The translations under genes and the position numbers were made by a program. DNA of 64,000 nt from Eledone cirrhosa (taxonomy: Eukaryota), in the NCBI GenBank assembly GCA_964016885.1, contig OZ024756.1:16244001-16308000 (forward strand), read 5' to 3'. Shown one piece after another: positions 41,560-56,012 of the stretch. The notes under the pieces were generated by a model. The model worked only from the letters and a program-made list of their open reading frames with translations. It searched no databases and was not told the DNA's origin. The first letter of the stretch is position 1, and each line of letters starts with the position of its first letter.

Positions 41560-42130
41560 GATCTCTTTATTGACCACAAAGGGTTTACATAAAAAATACA
41601 TTAAGGACGTCACAGGACGGTACAAATATGGGTTTCTGTGTGTAAAACAAAAGGAAACAAAAACAAAAGATGTAACAAAAAAATGGAAACAAAAGAAAAA
41701 TCCAAAATAAGGAGGTTAGTCGTGGAGAAAGCCCACAAAAGCCACAGTCACTCTGACCGCTAGGGCAATCACCCTCTCCCAGTTTTCTTCCTACAATACT
41801 ACAGGCACTAGTTCAGAGCAGGCCCATTCACAGGGGCCATTCTTGCCTCTCTCACCCACCTTTCAACAAACTGGTTGGAAGACAGCACTTCCCTCTCTAC
41901 CCTGATTTTCTTTTTCAGGTGAAACTTGAAAAAGTTAATGTGAGCGTTACCGAAGAGGAACGTGCCCATCTTAATCCCTTTCAGACACGTCCACCTCACA
42001 ACCTCTTTCACCATGGCCACTAGGCAGATAAAAACTGCCTGCCCCTCTAGGTTAAAGGAGGGCAGCGGGGAAATCTTCACGATGGACTCAGCTGATAGCT
42101 GAATCCGTCCTACAACGCGACAGCAGATGT
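41560..42130 (-). mobile_element. LINE 3' end, probably L1/Tx1-like
   Basis: ORF 41808-42137 end plus T-rich 3' UTR with aataaa; second copy at 14270-14645. Clade assignment tentative. Confidence 0.55.
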
Positions 42131-42169
42131 TCGACATAAGTCAACGATACTCGGACACTGGACGAGTGC

Positions 42170-42790
42170 GTGCAGGACGGTCTCGTTGCCCCACGCGAAT
42201 CTCCGACAGCACTTTCATGCCTGTAAAATTTCTTAACACTGCCAGTTCAGGGACTTCTGGACGTTATCCATTGGTGCTGGACCGAAAGTTTTTCCAAGGT
42301 AGGTATTTCATCTGGGACACCACAGTCAGTGACTATTTTGCTCCCACCCACATCATGGACGCCGTGGTTAATTTTGGGGATCACTGCTTCCGTTGCCGAA
42401 CGGAATAAAAACCGTAAATACCTGGACTTATCCAGTAATTATTTTTTCCAGTCCCTGGAGTTCAAGACGTGTGGTGGAGTTTCCATTAAATGAAATATGA
42501 TAGTGATAGGTTTGTGTTAAATTTTTCCCACATCCTGGATGCAGCAATAGGGCGAGAGCTACAGCTTCCACAACCGAACGGAACAAAATTCTAAAATACC
42601 GTGATCTGTCGGCTAACTACATTTTCCAGCCTGTGGCGTTCAAGACGTTTGGGAGAGTCGGGCTACTGACTGCGAGATTCTTATCTTCACTGGCGGCTCA
42701 TCTAACCGAGGGCGCTTGGTTGTTCCAATGCCTCAACCTCGCCATCACCCGAGGTAACGCTGCGAGCGTGCTGGCGTTCTGGCTTGCCTC
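42170..42790 (+). mobile_element. CRE-clade-like non-LTR retrotransposon C-terminal (restriction-like endonuclease) fragments
   Basis: FIWDTTVSDYFAP, KILKYRDLSANYIFQPVAFKTFG, WLFQCLNLAITRGNAASVL; segment partly duplicated. Confidence 0.72.
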
Positions 42791-42951
42791 AAAAATTATT
42801 ATCTTTTGTTCTGATAGCGATTCGTTTGTCCACCCCTTTCGCCTGCCTTTTGTGGTATGTGGTCCTAGACCAGTGGTAGCCATGCCCCATACCCCCGCAC
42901 AACATCTCAAACATGTCCCACTTTGATATAAAAACAGCGATGATCAACTAC

Positions 42952-44500
42952 AAAGTGTATAGGTGGTGCCAGATGTACAATAACATATGGAGGAGGTGAG
43001 ACAGGAGTTTCTGACAGTAATGTCTACCAAAGTTACCTTGGTATAGGTGATGCCAGATGTACAATAACATGTGTGGAGGGGGTGAGACAGGAGTTTCTGA
43101 CAGTAATGTCTACCAAAGTTACCTTGGTATAGGTGATGCCAGATGTACAATAACATGTGTGGAGGGGGTGAGACAGGAGTTTCTGACAGTAATGTCTACC
43201 AAAGTTACATTGGTGTAGGTGGTGCCAGATGTACAATAACATGTGTGGAGGAGGTGAGACAGGAGTTTCTGACAGTAATGTCTACCAAAGTTACATTGGT
43301 GTAGGTGGTGCCAGATGTACAATAACATGTGGAGGAGGTGAGACAGGAGTTTCTGACAGTAATGTCTACCAAAGTTACATTGGTGTAGGTGGTGCCAGAT
43401 GTACAATAACATGTGTGGAGGAGGTGAGACAGGAGTTTCTGACAGTAATGTCTACCAAAGTTACCTTGGTATAGGTGATGCCAGATGTACAATAACATGT
43501 GTGGAGGAGGTGAGACAGGAGTTTCTGACAGTAATGTCTACCAAAGTTACCTTGGTATAGGTGGTGCCAGATGTACAATAACATGTGGAGGAGGTGAGAC
43601 AGGAGTTTCTGACAGTAATGTCTACCAAAGTTACCTTGGTATAGGTGGTGCCAGATGTACAATAACATGTGGAGGAGGTGAGACAGGAGTTTCTGACAGT
43701 AATGTCTACCAAAGTTACCTTGGTATAGGTGGTGCCAGATGTACAATAACATGTGTGGAGGAGGTGAGACAGGAGTTTCTGACAGTAATGTCTACCAAAG
43801 TTACATTGGTGTAGGTGGTGCCAGATGTACAATAACATGTGTGGAGGAGGTGAGACAGGAGTTTCTGACAGTAATGTCTACCAAAGTTACATTGGTGTAG
43901 GTGGTGCCAGATGTACAATAACATGTGGAGGAGGTGAGACAGGAGTTTCTGACAGTAATGTCTACCAAAGTTACATTGGTGTAGGTGGTGCCAGATGTAC
44001 AATAACATGTGTGGAGGAGGTGAGACAGGAGTTTCTGACAGTAATGTCTACCAAAGTTACCTTGGTATAGGTGATGCCAGATGTACAATAACATGTGTGG
44101 AGGAGGTGAGACAGGAGTTTCTGACAGTAATGTCTACCAAAGTTACCTTGGTATAGGTGGTGCCAGATGTACAATAACATGTGTGGAGGAGGTGAGACAG
44201 GAGTTTCTGACAGTAATGTCTACCAAAGTTACCTTGGTATAGGTAGTGCCAGATGTACAATAACATGTGTGGAGGAGGTGAGACAGGAGTTTCTGACAGT
44301 AATGTCTACCAAAGTTACCTTGGTATAGGTGGTGCCAGATGTACAATAACATGTGTGGAGGAGGTGAGACAGGAGTTTCTGACAGTAATGTCTACCAAAG
44401 TTACCTTGGTATAGGTGGTGCCAGATGTACAATAACATGTGTGGAGGAGGTGAGACAGGAGTTTCTGACAGTAATGTCTACCAAAGTCGTCTTGGTGTAG
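42952..44500. repeat. 84/86-bp tandem satellite, about 18 near-identical copies
   Basis: Unit gtataggtggtgccagatgtacaataacatgt(gt)ggaggaggtgagacaggagtttctgacagtaatgtctaccaaagttaccttg; explains ORFs 42944-44616. Confidence 0.96.
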
Positions 44501-44974
44501 GTGTAAAAGTAATAAAGTAAAACCTGAAGTTTGGTCTCATTAACATCATTTTCAAATTGCCCCCCCCCCCCCCCCCCCCCCGGAATATTCAAATTGCTCC
44601 CCCGTGGGGAGTGCACCCTACATTGGGAATCACTGTCCTAGATGTATGTATTACGTGTTTGTGTTTTTTTTTCTTTTTCTCATTTTTTCCTTTCACTTTC
44701 TATTTGTAATATTTGTTGTAATAATTTGTAATATTATGTTGACGGTTGTTACATCTGAATAAAATTAAAAAGTATACATATTTCTAATGAAAGACATTGG
44801 GGGGGGGGGGGTGATTAGTTCATTTTTTAATGTTTCTTTTTAAAAGTCCAAAGCTAAAAGTACAAAAATATAAAACAAAACACTAATAAAAAGGGGGGGG
44901 GGAGAAGAAAAAGAAATATATCTCTGGTAAATATCTTGTATTCATTATGTAAGTATTAAATAACATTGTACAAG

Positions 44975-45550
44975 TCACCTCTACCAGTATCACTACCACC
45001 ACTACCAGTCTCAGTACCACCACTACCACTAACAGTATCACTACCACCACCACTACCACCACCATCACCACTACCACCACCACCATCAACAACAGAACCA
45101 CCACTACCACCACCACCACCAACAGAACCACCACCATCAACAACAGAACCACCACCACCACCACTACCACCACCATCAACAACAGAACCACCACCACTAT
45201 CAACAACAGAACCACCACCACCACCACTACCACCACCATCAACAACAGAACCACCACCACTATCAACAACAGAACCACCACCACCACCACCACTACCACC
45301 ACCATCAACAACAGAACCGCCACCACTACCACCACCACCACCACTACCACCACCATCAACAACAGAACCACCACCACTACCACCACCATCAACAACAGAA
45401 CCACCACCACCACCACCACTACCACCGCCATCAACAACAGAACCACCACCACTACCACTGTTATCAACAACAGAACCACCACCACTACCAGTATTACCAC
45501 CATAACACCAATAACCACCATCACTATCAGCACCACCACCACCACCACTA
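44975..45550. repeat. (CAC/CAA)-rich compound repeat
   Basis: Directly visible; gives spurious PPPSTTE and poly-V ORFs. Confidence 0.9.
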
Positions 45551-46015
45551 GTTATTGTTGTTGGTCGTGTTTAATGATACTTAAGAAAACGTTTGTTACA
45601 CTTCAAAAACATAGATACATTCTCTTTTCCTCTCCTCCACCCATATACATATACATGGGTACATGTGTATGTATATGCGCGGGGACATAGAAAAAGCCGG
45701 GCTGGAGACACGATCGCGCGGTTAAACCATTGGGAGTGAAGGACCCCTAGCCTTTGTCATGGCATTCTTCTAGGAGAAGGCAACTCTGGAAACTGGAATA
45801 ACTCCGATATCAAACCTACGGCTCAGTAGTTACCGAAGATGTTGATCTTTTCTTCTTTTCGGGTTATAGCTACTGTCGCTCAGAGAGTGGGATTGGCTCA
45901 GTGCAGTTTTTCGACGCACAGGCATTGCACGATATCATTAATTGATAATTATTAATAATGGTATATCGTGCAATGGCCATACTATGGGGGCAGCCATCAT
46001 ATACATATATATATA

Positions 46016-46485
46016 GCATCTACCATACTCTGAACGCCTTGCTTCCCTGGGCATGGATACATTAAAGCTCCGACGCCTGGCAACTGACTTGGTAAACACC
46101 CACAAAATTGTTAACCATCTTACCAACAACAACCCTGAGTACCTTTTTGATTTCCATGTGTCTAACACACGTGGACATGTCCACAAAGTCAGAAAACAGC
46201 ACAGTTCCCATGACTTTCGGAAACATTTTTTCACGTTCAGAGTTGCTGAAGCATGGAACAAACTACCTGCATCTGTTGTTAGCTGTCGAGACACTGCATC
46301 CTTTAAAACCTCCATGCTTCCTGAGATTCGCCAACACTACACCTAATATTCCCCCTCCATACACATACACACATGTATATCATGACTCGTACACTGTTCA
46401 CTTCCCTGACATTTGTATATTATTCTATGTACTATACATGCACCATTGACGAGTTGTAGTGCATCTGAGCACTCTACACAATAAT

Positions 46486-46516
<31 letters not shown>
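46016..46516 (+). mobile_element. CR1/L2-type LINE 3' fragment
   Basis: Same family as 19450-19930; (ATT)n tail. Confidence 0.88.
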
Positions 46517-46519
<3 letters not shown>

Positions 46520-46897
46520 TTTAATATAGATGAGATTCTATAGGACTAGAACTGTTTCATTCTTTAGAAATCATCAAATTTGAACTTGTTTGTAGAATTA
46601 TTTCTGCCTTTGTCACTCTAAATATAAATTATAGCCTTAAAGAATTAGCTTTTAATGAATAATTCCCTTTTCTTTCAACCAATGACCTCCACCCATCCCA
46701 CTCCCCACCCTCTCCTACCACCTGAAAAGATATAAATACCACAACATTTATTTTGGAAAGCCAGATTCCTGATGATTTCTAAAGAATGAAACAGTTCTAG
46801 TCGTGTAGAATCTCTTCTATATTAAAACTTTTTACTCTGCTATGTATTGAGTACCTTACTTACTGTGGTTACCTCCGATTCAACCCGGAATAACTTA

Positions 46898-46937
<40 letters not shown>

Positions 46938-47028
46938 AACAAGTAGGACCCCGACGGCTTAGCTCAAGCCGTTTCGACGGCTAATTCTGGACTAAATATA
47001 TATATATATATATATTTAGTCCAGAATT

Positions 47029-47400
47029 AACAAATGGAAACTATATTTATAAAACCATATTTATTTCATTATACATATTTCAAGGACACCAAGTTAAATT
47101 ATGGTGTGCTTTCATCAGATAAAATATAATATAGAGCAATTTTATAAATAAATATTGACATACCCTTAAATAATGCACTATCCGGGAGCTTCCAACAGTA
47201 ATGGTTGCATTCTTTAAGAGTATGTCAATATTTATTTATAAAACTGCTCTATATTATATTTTATCTGATGAAAGCACACCATAATTTAACTTGGTGTCCT
47301 TGAAATATGTATAATGAAATAAATATGGTTTTATAAATATAGTTACAATTTGTTTATATCGTATTTTTACTCCAAATATTTGTTGAGTGCTTTATATCAG
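47029..47400 (+). mobile_element. Fold-back cassette (about 140-bp arms) plus tail, hammerhead in each arm
   Basis: 47029-47170 is complementary to 47213-47354; flanked by TA-rich tracts. Confidence 0.72.
47258..47320 (+). ncRNA. Type I hammerhead ribozyme motif (mirror copy 47063-47125 on -)
   Basis: auuuuau-CUGAUGA-aagcacacca...ugguguccuu-GAAA-uaugua-UA-augaaau; 7-bp stem I, about 9-bp stem II. Confidence 0.8.
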
Positions 47401-47448
47401 TTATAAAAATATTTGCTTGTTGTATCCCAACAATTTAAATAGAACTTT

Positions 47449-47524
<76 letters not shown>

Positions 47525-48643
47525 ATACAATAACAGAGATAGTTTAAACCTAAACTCTGACTGGTAACCATCTCACTCAACAAACATTAGGTTGTATTAA
47601 AATATAAACCCAATTTAAGTGTTTGGGGTGCTAACAATATGTATGATGTGGAAAAACCAGTTGTATTATTTTATGAGATATAATTAAAGTTAAAGTATAT
47701 CTCTCTTTCCAAACAATTGTTTCATTATAAGTTTTCTACAAGTTTGGGAGAATGTTTCCAGTTTATGTAGAAGCCTAAAATATATTCATGTAAGAGTATA
47801 TTTAGGTGGGCACTTATAAATCATCAGTGGAAGCCCATTAAACATTGATATAAGAAAACAATTTCTTACCGCTGTCAAAAATCCTGTCCGTGAAGTCGCT
47901 CTCTCTCACCTCGAATGACCGCCAAATTTGAAATTCCAGCAGTTTTTGACTGAGGAAGTATCATAGCGACACGAAGCGGGAAGGAGAGACAACCCACGAT
48001 CCACGAAATGAGGAAAAAAAATAATACACACGCGGGTTAATTAGTTTTTTTTTAAAACATTATCAATCCAACGTGTTTAAGAACTCAATTGAAAATAAAA
48101 AAATAAATATATGCTTGTATAAATTACACACGCATATAGATATTTTCTTAGGCTAAATCAGAAGTTGTACCCGAATAAGAGCCGCTTCTTATAACCGCAG
48201 TAAATGCAGAAAGTTATGTTATATAGGGCAAATGGGAATATAATTCTCCGGCCGAATTATTAAGAGTAAAGTATAAAACACACGCGGGTTAATTAGTTAT
48301 TTCAAAACCAATATTAATTCCTCGTGTAAAGAACTCAATTAATAAAAGAAAATAATTACATATATGCATGTAATTATATACGTAGGCATATATATATATA
48401 TTTTCCTAGGCTAAAAAACAGAGAAGTTACAACCAAAAAAAGCCACAATATTTCACAACAGTAATAAATACGGAAAGTCAAGTTCAAAAGGTACCTGGAA
48501 ATAAACACCTCTGGCCAATCAAGAGTAAATATTTAATACAATAACAGAGATAGTTTAAAGCTAAACTCTGATTGGTAACCATCTCACTCAACAAACATTA
48601 GGTTATATTAAAATATAAACCCAATTTAAGTGTTTGCTGGTGC

Positions 48644-49229
<586 letters not shown>

Positions 49230-50585
49230 AAGTTGACGGACCCAGCATAGGTATCAATGCTAGGACAGGTTTCATCTCAGCGTACTCAATAGGTAATGTT
49301 AAATACACTCCCAGAGTATACACATAGTTATTCGCTTCAAATACAACACACGTAAACGGGTACCTTATATATGTATATATTTAGAATGTAGAGAAGTGAC
49401 ACACGCGTTGATATATAATAGTAAAAATGAAAAAAAACAAAAAAAAAAACACAGTAGAGGGATTTTCTCTCAGAATAACAGCAAAACATTTATTTACAAA
49501 ATAGTAATTTCCGTATTTTTTGTACCGGTTTCAGTTTGTGGGCTTCTTCATAGGACGGAAGTGTATAATGAAATTAAATTGTATATTAAATTTTTAAAAA
49601 TAAAAATGAAAAATATATCTGGATTCATCCAGATATATTTTTCATTTTTATTTTTATTTTTGCGCAGCCAATCTTACAATTTTATATTTGTACTTACTTA
49701 TCCACAAGTTTTTTACACCCTGTATCAATATGGCTGAACGCCTTAATGTGTGTATACTTTTATATATGTACATGAGTGACTACGTATGTGCGCGCGCGTG
49801 CGTGTATGTATATACATATATATATATATATATATGTGTATATATATGTGTGTGTGTATGTATATATTATGCGTATGTGTATGTGTCTTTATATCCGTGT
49901 TTTTTGACATCTCGGTTTTATGTTTTCTTCCTTTTTTCTTCTCCCCCCCCCTTTTTTTTACTTACTCATTTTTATGCGTGTGCATGCAAACAGGTCAATA
50001 TGCGTGAGTGTAAGTATATGTGTGTGTGTGTATGTACGTATCGAACGTATGGATGTGTAAGTGTGCGTGTGTATATAAGCATGTATATTTTTGCGTTTCT
50101 TTTGTGAGACATGCGTGTCTATGTATGTACCCCCTTTTTTTGTCTTCTTTTCTTTAATTTTTTCTTTCTAAATTTTTTCTTTCTAATTTATTGTTACATT
50201 TTTATAAATATATCGAGATTGATACTTTCCTTTAATTATTACACTCCCTTACCTCTTTTACTTCCGCATCTAAGTGTACGTGTGTGTAGGTGTGTTTATG
50301 CGCGCGCCTTCATATTCATATACTTATGATGTAACTATTCTGTCTGTAGATTACAGACATACAGATACATTTGCCCTAAATTTTACATTTACACACACTT
50401 TTTCACTATACGTATACATATGTGCATACACATATATGCACATCTGTGAGCGTATATACATACATATACACACACCTAACTATATTTCTTGATAGATTTT
50501 TATATATTTCAATTTCTAATTCATTTGTCTATATCTTTTTTTGATTTTCTTGATGAGTTTTTCTAAGTATTTACCCATGTTTTAT

Positions 50586-50663
50586 ATTGCCTCGTCTGAC
50601 GAACGAATGAAGACGTTTCTTTCGTATTCGCCTCATTCGGGAAACCTCTGGTAATGAGGTAAT
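50586..50663 (+). ncRNA. Type I hammerhead ribozyme motif
   Basis: auugccucgu-CUGACGA-acgaauga...ucauucgg-GAAA-cc ucu gg-UA-augagguaau; 10-bp stem I, GUA cleavage triplet, followed by a short tail and (TA)n. Confidence 0.83.
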
Positions 50664-50685
50664 TATATTGTATTGATTTTTATAC

Positions 50686-50748
<63 letters not shown>

Positions 50749-50974
50749 ATAATAATAAAATTGAAGACTAAAATCCAAAGAGGGCCCGATAAGGAAAATA
50801 TATATCAAATATATAAGAACCGTAGAGCAAATATTTATTAAAATAACAGATTAAAGTTTAAGCAAAGAATCACTGCTTTCACCCTTAACGGGATCTTCTG
50901 AAACTAGCGTTTCAGAAGATCCCGTTAAGGGTGAAAGCAGCGATTCTTTGCTTAAACTTTAATCTGTTATTTTA

Positions 50975-51024
<50 letters not shown>

Positions 51025-53008
51025 GTGTGTGCGTGTATTTGTGGTGTATGCATGTATGTATGGTTCGCACCAGTGTAAAAACCAGCGCTATTTTTGTTTG
51101 GGTTCTTTATGTCTTGTGACTGAGCGGTTCGACAAATAGCGACCGAGAAAATAATAGAATAAATAAATAGCAGACTACATTAGGGCAGCGAGGTCGATAT
51201 GAGTGACTGAAAAACCTTTGTACTTCATTTAGTATGGTATTTATTTATTCCATTATTTTATCGGTCGCTATTTGTCGAACCGCTCAGTTACAAAACATAA
51301 AGAACCAAAACACAAACAGCGCTGGTTTTTACCCCGGTTTGAACCAGACACACATACAGACATACACACATGTATATACACACAGGTATATACACACATA
51401 CACACAGGTATATACACACATACACACACACAGGTATATACACACATACACACACATACATGTATATACACAACACACACACATACATCAGGTATATACA
51501 CTTACACACATCTATATTCACAACACCTATCCTTTTTCTCTCTTTATTTAATTTTGTTATATTTTATATTTTATATTTTTATATTTTGTTATTGCCTCCT
51601 CCTTAGTGAGGACACCATTTTATGTAAACTCCCTCCATTGTACTTGTCCCACTCTTTGATGCCCTGGTGGCAAATAAAAAGAAAGTTATCTATCTATCTA
51701 TTTATCTCTCTCTCTCTCAGTCCGCCTGTCTTTCTCTTTCTTTGTTTATCTGGCTGTCTCTTTTTATTTTCCTCCTTTTCTTCCTCGACACTCTCTCTTT
51801 CTCTCGTCTGCCTTTCCTAGTCTTTATACTCCATTCTATCTCTTTTCCTCCTACTCCTACTGTCTATCTTCCTCACCCTAGCCCCACATTGTCCACAACC
51901 TCCTCTTCTCCCCTTAATTATTTACCACCATCCCTCCCCTCTCTCCCTTTTACCACCATCCCGCTCTCTCTCCCTTTTACCACCACCCTCCCTCTCTCCC
52001 TTTTACCACGATCCCCGCTCTCTCTCCCTTTTACCACCATCCCTCCCTCTCGCTTTTACCACCATCCCTCCCTCTCTCCCTTTTACCACCATTCCTCCAT
52101 CTCTCGCTTTTACCACCATCTCTCCCTCTCTCCCTTTTACCACCATTCCTCCCTCTCTCGCTTTTACCACCATCCCTCCCTTTCACCCTTTACCCCCCTT
52201 CTCCCTTTTACTACCATCCCTCCCTCTCTCGCTATTTATTTACCCCCCCCCCTCTCTCTCCCTTTTACCACTTCCCCTTTCCCTCCCTTTTCTCTCTTCC
52301 TATATTTATTGTTTACTTTCTGTTTATCTTTCCATCCCCCCCCCCTCAATTTCTATCCTCTTGTCTTTCTCTCTGTCTTTCTCTCTGTCTCTCTCTGCTA
52401 TTCCTCTCCTTCGCTTTCTATGTGTCTTACCCACTCAATCTTATTACTTTATCTCACTCTCTCTATGTCTCTCTATCAGACTGCCTCTCACCCTCTCACT
52501 CTCTACACTACCGTCTTTTCTATTTCCCTCTCTATCTATCCGTCCGGCCTCTCACCCTCTCTCTCTCTCTACACTACCGTCTTTTCTATTTCCCTCTCTA
52601 TCTATCCGTCCGGCCTCTCACTCTCTCTTTACACTATTACTACACCACGAGCCTCTCTCTCTCTCTCTCTCTCTCTACACTATGACCCTCTCTATCTTCT
52701 GACTCAGTCACTCCAATCCTATGGCGGTAGAAAACCGACTCCAGCATTTCTGCAGTTCACCACTTTGGGTAAATATTGCGGCGCCAATTTCTTCTCTTTT
52801 CTTTATGTTTTCTTATTCAATTCGATTTTTGTTTACGAAACTAATTTCCAGGGGTTTCCTCAATTTCTCTACATGTCATTCAGTTTACTTGTCCGCTGGA
52901 TATATATATATATATATATATATATGCAATGTATATATTATATTATATACATACTATATATTATATAATATATATATATATATAAGTAGCTTAATACTAA
53001 TATATATA

Positions 53009-53086
53009 CAGGGTGTCCCAAAAACATATATGTACACTTCAACAGCATTCTAATAAATATGTGTATACATTTTTGGCGGCACCCTG
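53009..53086. mobile_element. Tiny Tc1/mariner-type MITE (relatives near 10600, 53985 and 63348-63445)
   Basis: TA-cagggtgtcccaaaaa ... ttttggcggcaccctg-TA. Confidence 0.65.
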
Positions 53087-55711
53087 TATATATATATAAA
53101 TTACTTCTACAAGACTAGAACTGTTTGATTCATATAAAATCGTCAAGAATGTCATCCAGAATTTACTTATATATATTTGAGGGTCGGCTGAAGAGTTCTT
53201 AGGTTGACCAAGATTCTCTCATGAGGTTTAATTTTCAACATAGTCCCTAGACAGAAACAATGCAGTTAATAATAATAAGGGTTGAAATTAATACATGCAA
53301 GATTTCACAGCTCTAACATCACTCCAAAATAGTCAGGCTAGGAATCTTTTGGCCGGCCCGTCAACTTATTATATATATATATATATAGGTAAATTCCCGA
53401 TGACATTCTTGACGATTATATATATATATATATATGCAGAGGTTATATTTAAAATAATTATGGTTTTATAAATATAGTTTCCATTTATTAATATATTGTC
53501 GACGGCTGAGCTCCGGCCGTTTCGACAGCTAGATCCGAACAATTCGGATCTAGCTGTTGAAACGACCGGAACTCAGCCGTCGGGGACCTGAATCTTTTCA
53601 TATTACCCACTCTACTACCCCAAATCTTACCACAACCTCTTTGTTTTATATATATATACTAGCCGAATTACCCGCGTCTTGCTGCTTTTCACACATTTTT
53701 TTTTGTAAGAAAATGATGATTGATTTTAAGATATAGTTTATGGAGAAAAACTCTGCATTTCAATATTTTCAAAATTTTTTCAAAATATCAATTCAAAACT
53801 TTTATGAATAGGCATCATTTCTTGTCATTTACCTATGGTTTAAATTTCATATAAATCGAAGGGAAAAAATTTTGAGCAGGTGTTTGTGCCTCCGTCAATG
53901 TAGTTTCAGAATATATATGGTTATGGGGGGGGGGTCTATCTCCAGTTCGTGAACAATCAGACAGGAACTACAACTTTATATATACAGGATGCCCCCCCCC
54001 AAAAAAAAATGTATACACACTTCAACAGCATTCTGATAAATATTGCCCTGTACAAGTAATCAAAGTATGTGTGTATATATAATAATAATGTTTCAGAAGC
54101 TCCCGTTAAGGGTGAAAGCAGCGATTCTTTGCTTAAACTTTAATCTGTTATTTTAAGTCCACGCTGTAATGTGGCCGTGTAGGCAACACGGTAAAAACCT
54201 CCCAGACCCACATTGTAAATGTGGTTGGTGTTAGGAAGGGCATCCAGCTGTAGAAAACCCGCCAGACAGTCCTATGCGAGCAAGACAACCACTCTTGCCT
54301 CAAGTGGGAAAACCCCCGTCCAAACCCATGCAAGCGTGGAACACGGACGTTAAACGTTGATGATGATATTATTATTATTATTATGAAGAGTTACGGCCCT
54401 TGCCATTCTCAGTTCAAATCCCGTCGAGTTTAATTTTGCCTTTCATCCTTGCGAGGGCGATAAAATAAAGTACCAGTAATGCACTGGGTAATTTTGCCCT
54501 TGTGCCAAAAGTAGAAACAATTATTATCATAAAGAGTCGGAACCCGATGGCTGAGCTCTTGCTGTTTCAACAGCTAGTTCCTGACTCTGAGATATATATA
54601 GATATACATTGTATATTTGTCTAATCGTTTGACTGGTTATCGCCTTTCTCCCCAAAAGTTGTCCTGTAATAATTGTTTCTACTTTAGGCACAAGGCCAGC
54701 AAATACCCAGTGCATTACTGGTACTTTATTTTATCGACCCCCGTAAGGATGAAAGGCAAAGTCAACCTCGGGTCCTGTAATAATTTAAGCAGAACATTAC
54801 TGCCATCAACCTCACAAGTCGCTGGGGAGTTGTGAAGGCGGTGGACACCTCACCTCTCACGCTCCTTCTCTCTTTCCCCCTCCCCCATCTCATTCTCTCA
54901 TATAAATAAATATAGGTGAACAAAAAGTCGCTCAGTTGTGGGTGAAGGTAAAGCGTCAGGCAATTTAGTCAGGTGGTATTATCAAGTTTCAATTTTACAG
55001 CTGAGACGTGTCAAAATAGTCGTCGTTTTCTAAAGAATTAGGGCAAGGCGGTCTGTCAAGGTTTATTTAAAGAAATCCCGAAATAGCTTAAGGTTAGAGA
55101 GGAAAATATTCTGCTTTAAATATGAATATGACTTCGCTGAAGAGGAGTAATAAGGCCGAAACACGTCGCTGCACTCGACGAAAATTAGACTCTACATTGC
55201 ATGCTGTCATTCAATTATCATTCAATTTGGATTCCAGAGTTGCCTCCCTTGTCTTTTTTGACAATCACTAGTTACCAAAGCTAGTGGACTTTTTTTCTTC
55301 ATTAAGAGTGCTAATTAGAGTGCTTTTCTAATAAATATAAAAACAATTAACGCTTTATCTCATTTAATTGTGTTATTCCTAACCATTACGTTATCTTTAC
55401 TTCACTACAATAAAACAATATATTCATTAAATATACTTTGAACAATTAATTAAATCATTCATTACAATTCGGTTGACAACCAAACATGACCTTGTTTTGA
55501 CACTCTGGTCATAAAACAATCACCATCATCATCATGGTCCCTTCACCCTTTTCGGAGTCGTTGAACGCTGCACCAACTGCCTCCATCATCTCTGGCGGTC
55601 ATGAGGGCTTGGGTGTGGCAAACCTCTTTCCTTTCTGTCCACTCAACTCTGTTGTCTGTCCACAACTTCCTCTTCTGTCTGGCCTGCCGTCTCTTTCCCT
55701 GCACTTCCGCC

Positions 55712-56012
55712 CGATCTTGTTACATCCCCATACCACCTCTTTTCTCTTTACCGTGGTCATCAGATCTTGTTACATCCCCATACCACCTCTTTCCTCTTTA
55801 CCGCGGTCATCAGATCTTGTTACATCCCCATACCACCTTCTTCCTCTTTACCGTGGTCATCAGATCTTGTTACATCCCCATACCACCTCTTTCCTCTTTA
55901 CCGCGGTCATCAGATCTTGTTACATCCCCATACCACCTCTTTCCTCTTTACCGCGGTCATCAGATCTTGTTACATCCCCATACCACCTCTTTCCTCTTTA
56001 CCGCGGTCATCA
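55712..56012. repeat. 50-bp minisatellite x6
   Basis: Unit cagatcttgttacatccccataccacctctttcctctttaccgcggtcat. Confidence 0.93.

Noticed and set aside
42944-44616. Cys/His-rich repeat protein
   Set aside because: 84/86-bp units shift frame constantly; satellite DNA.
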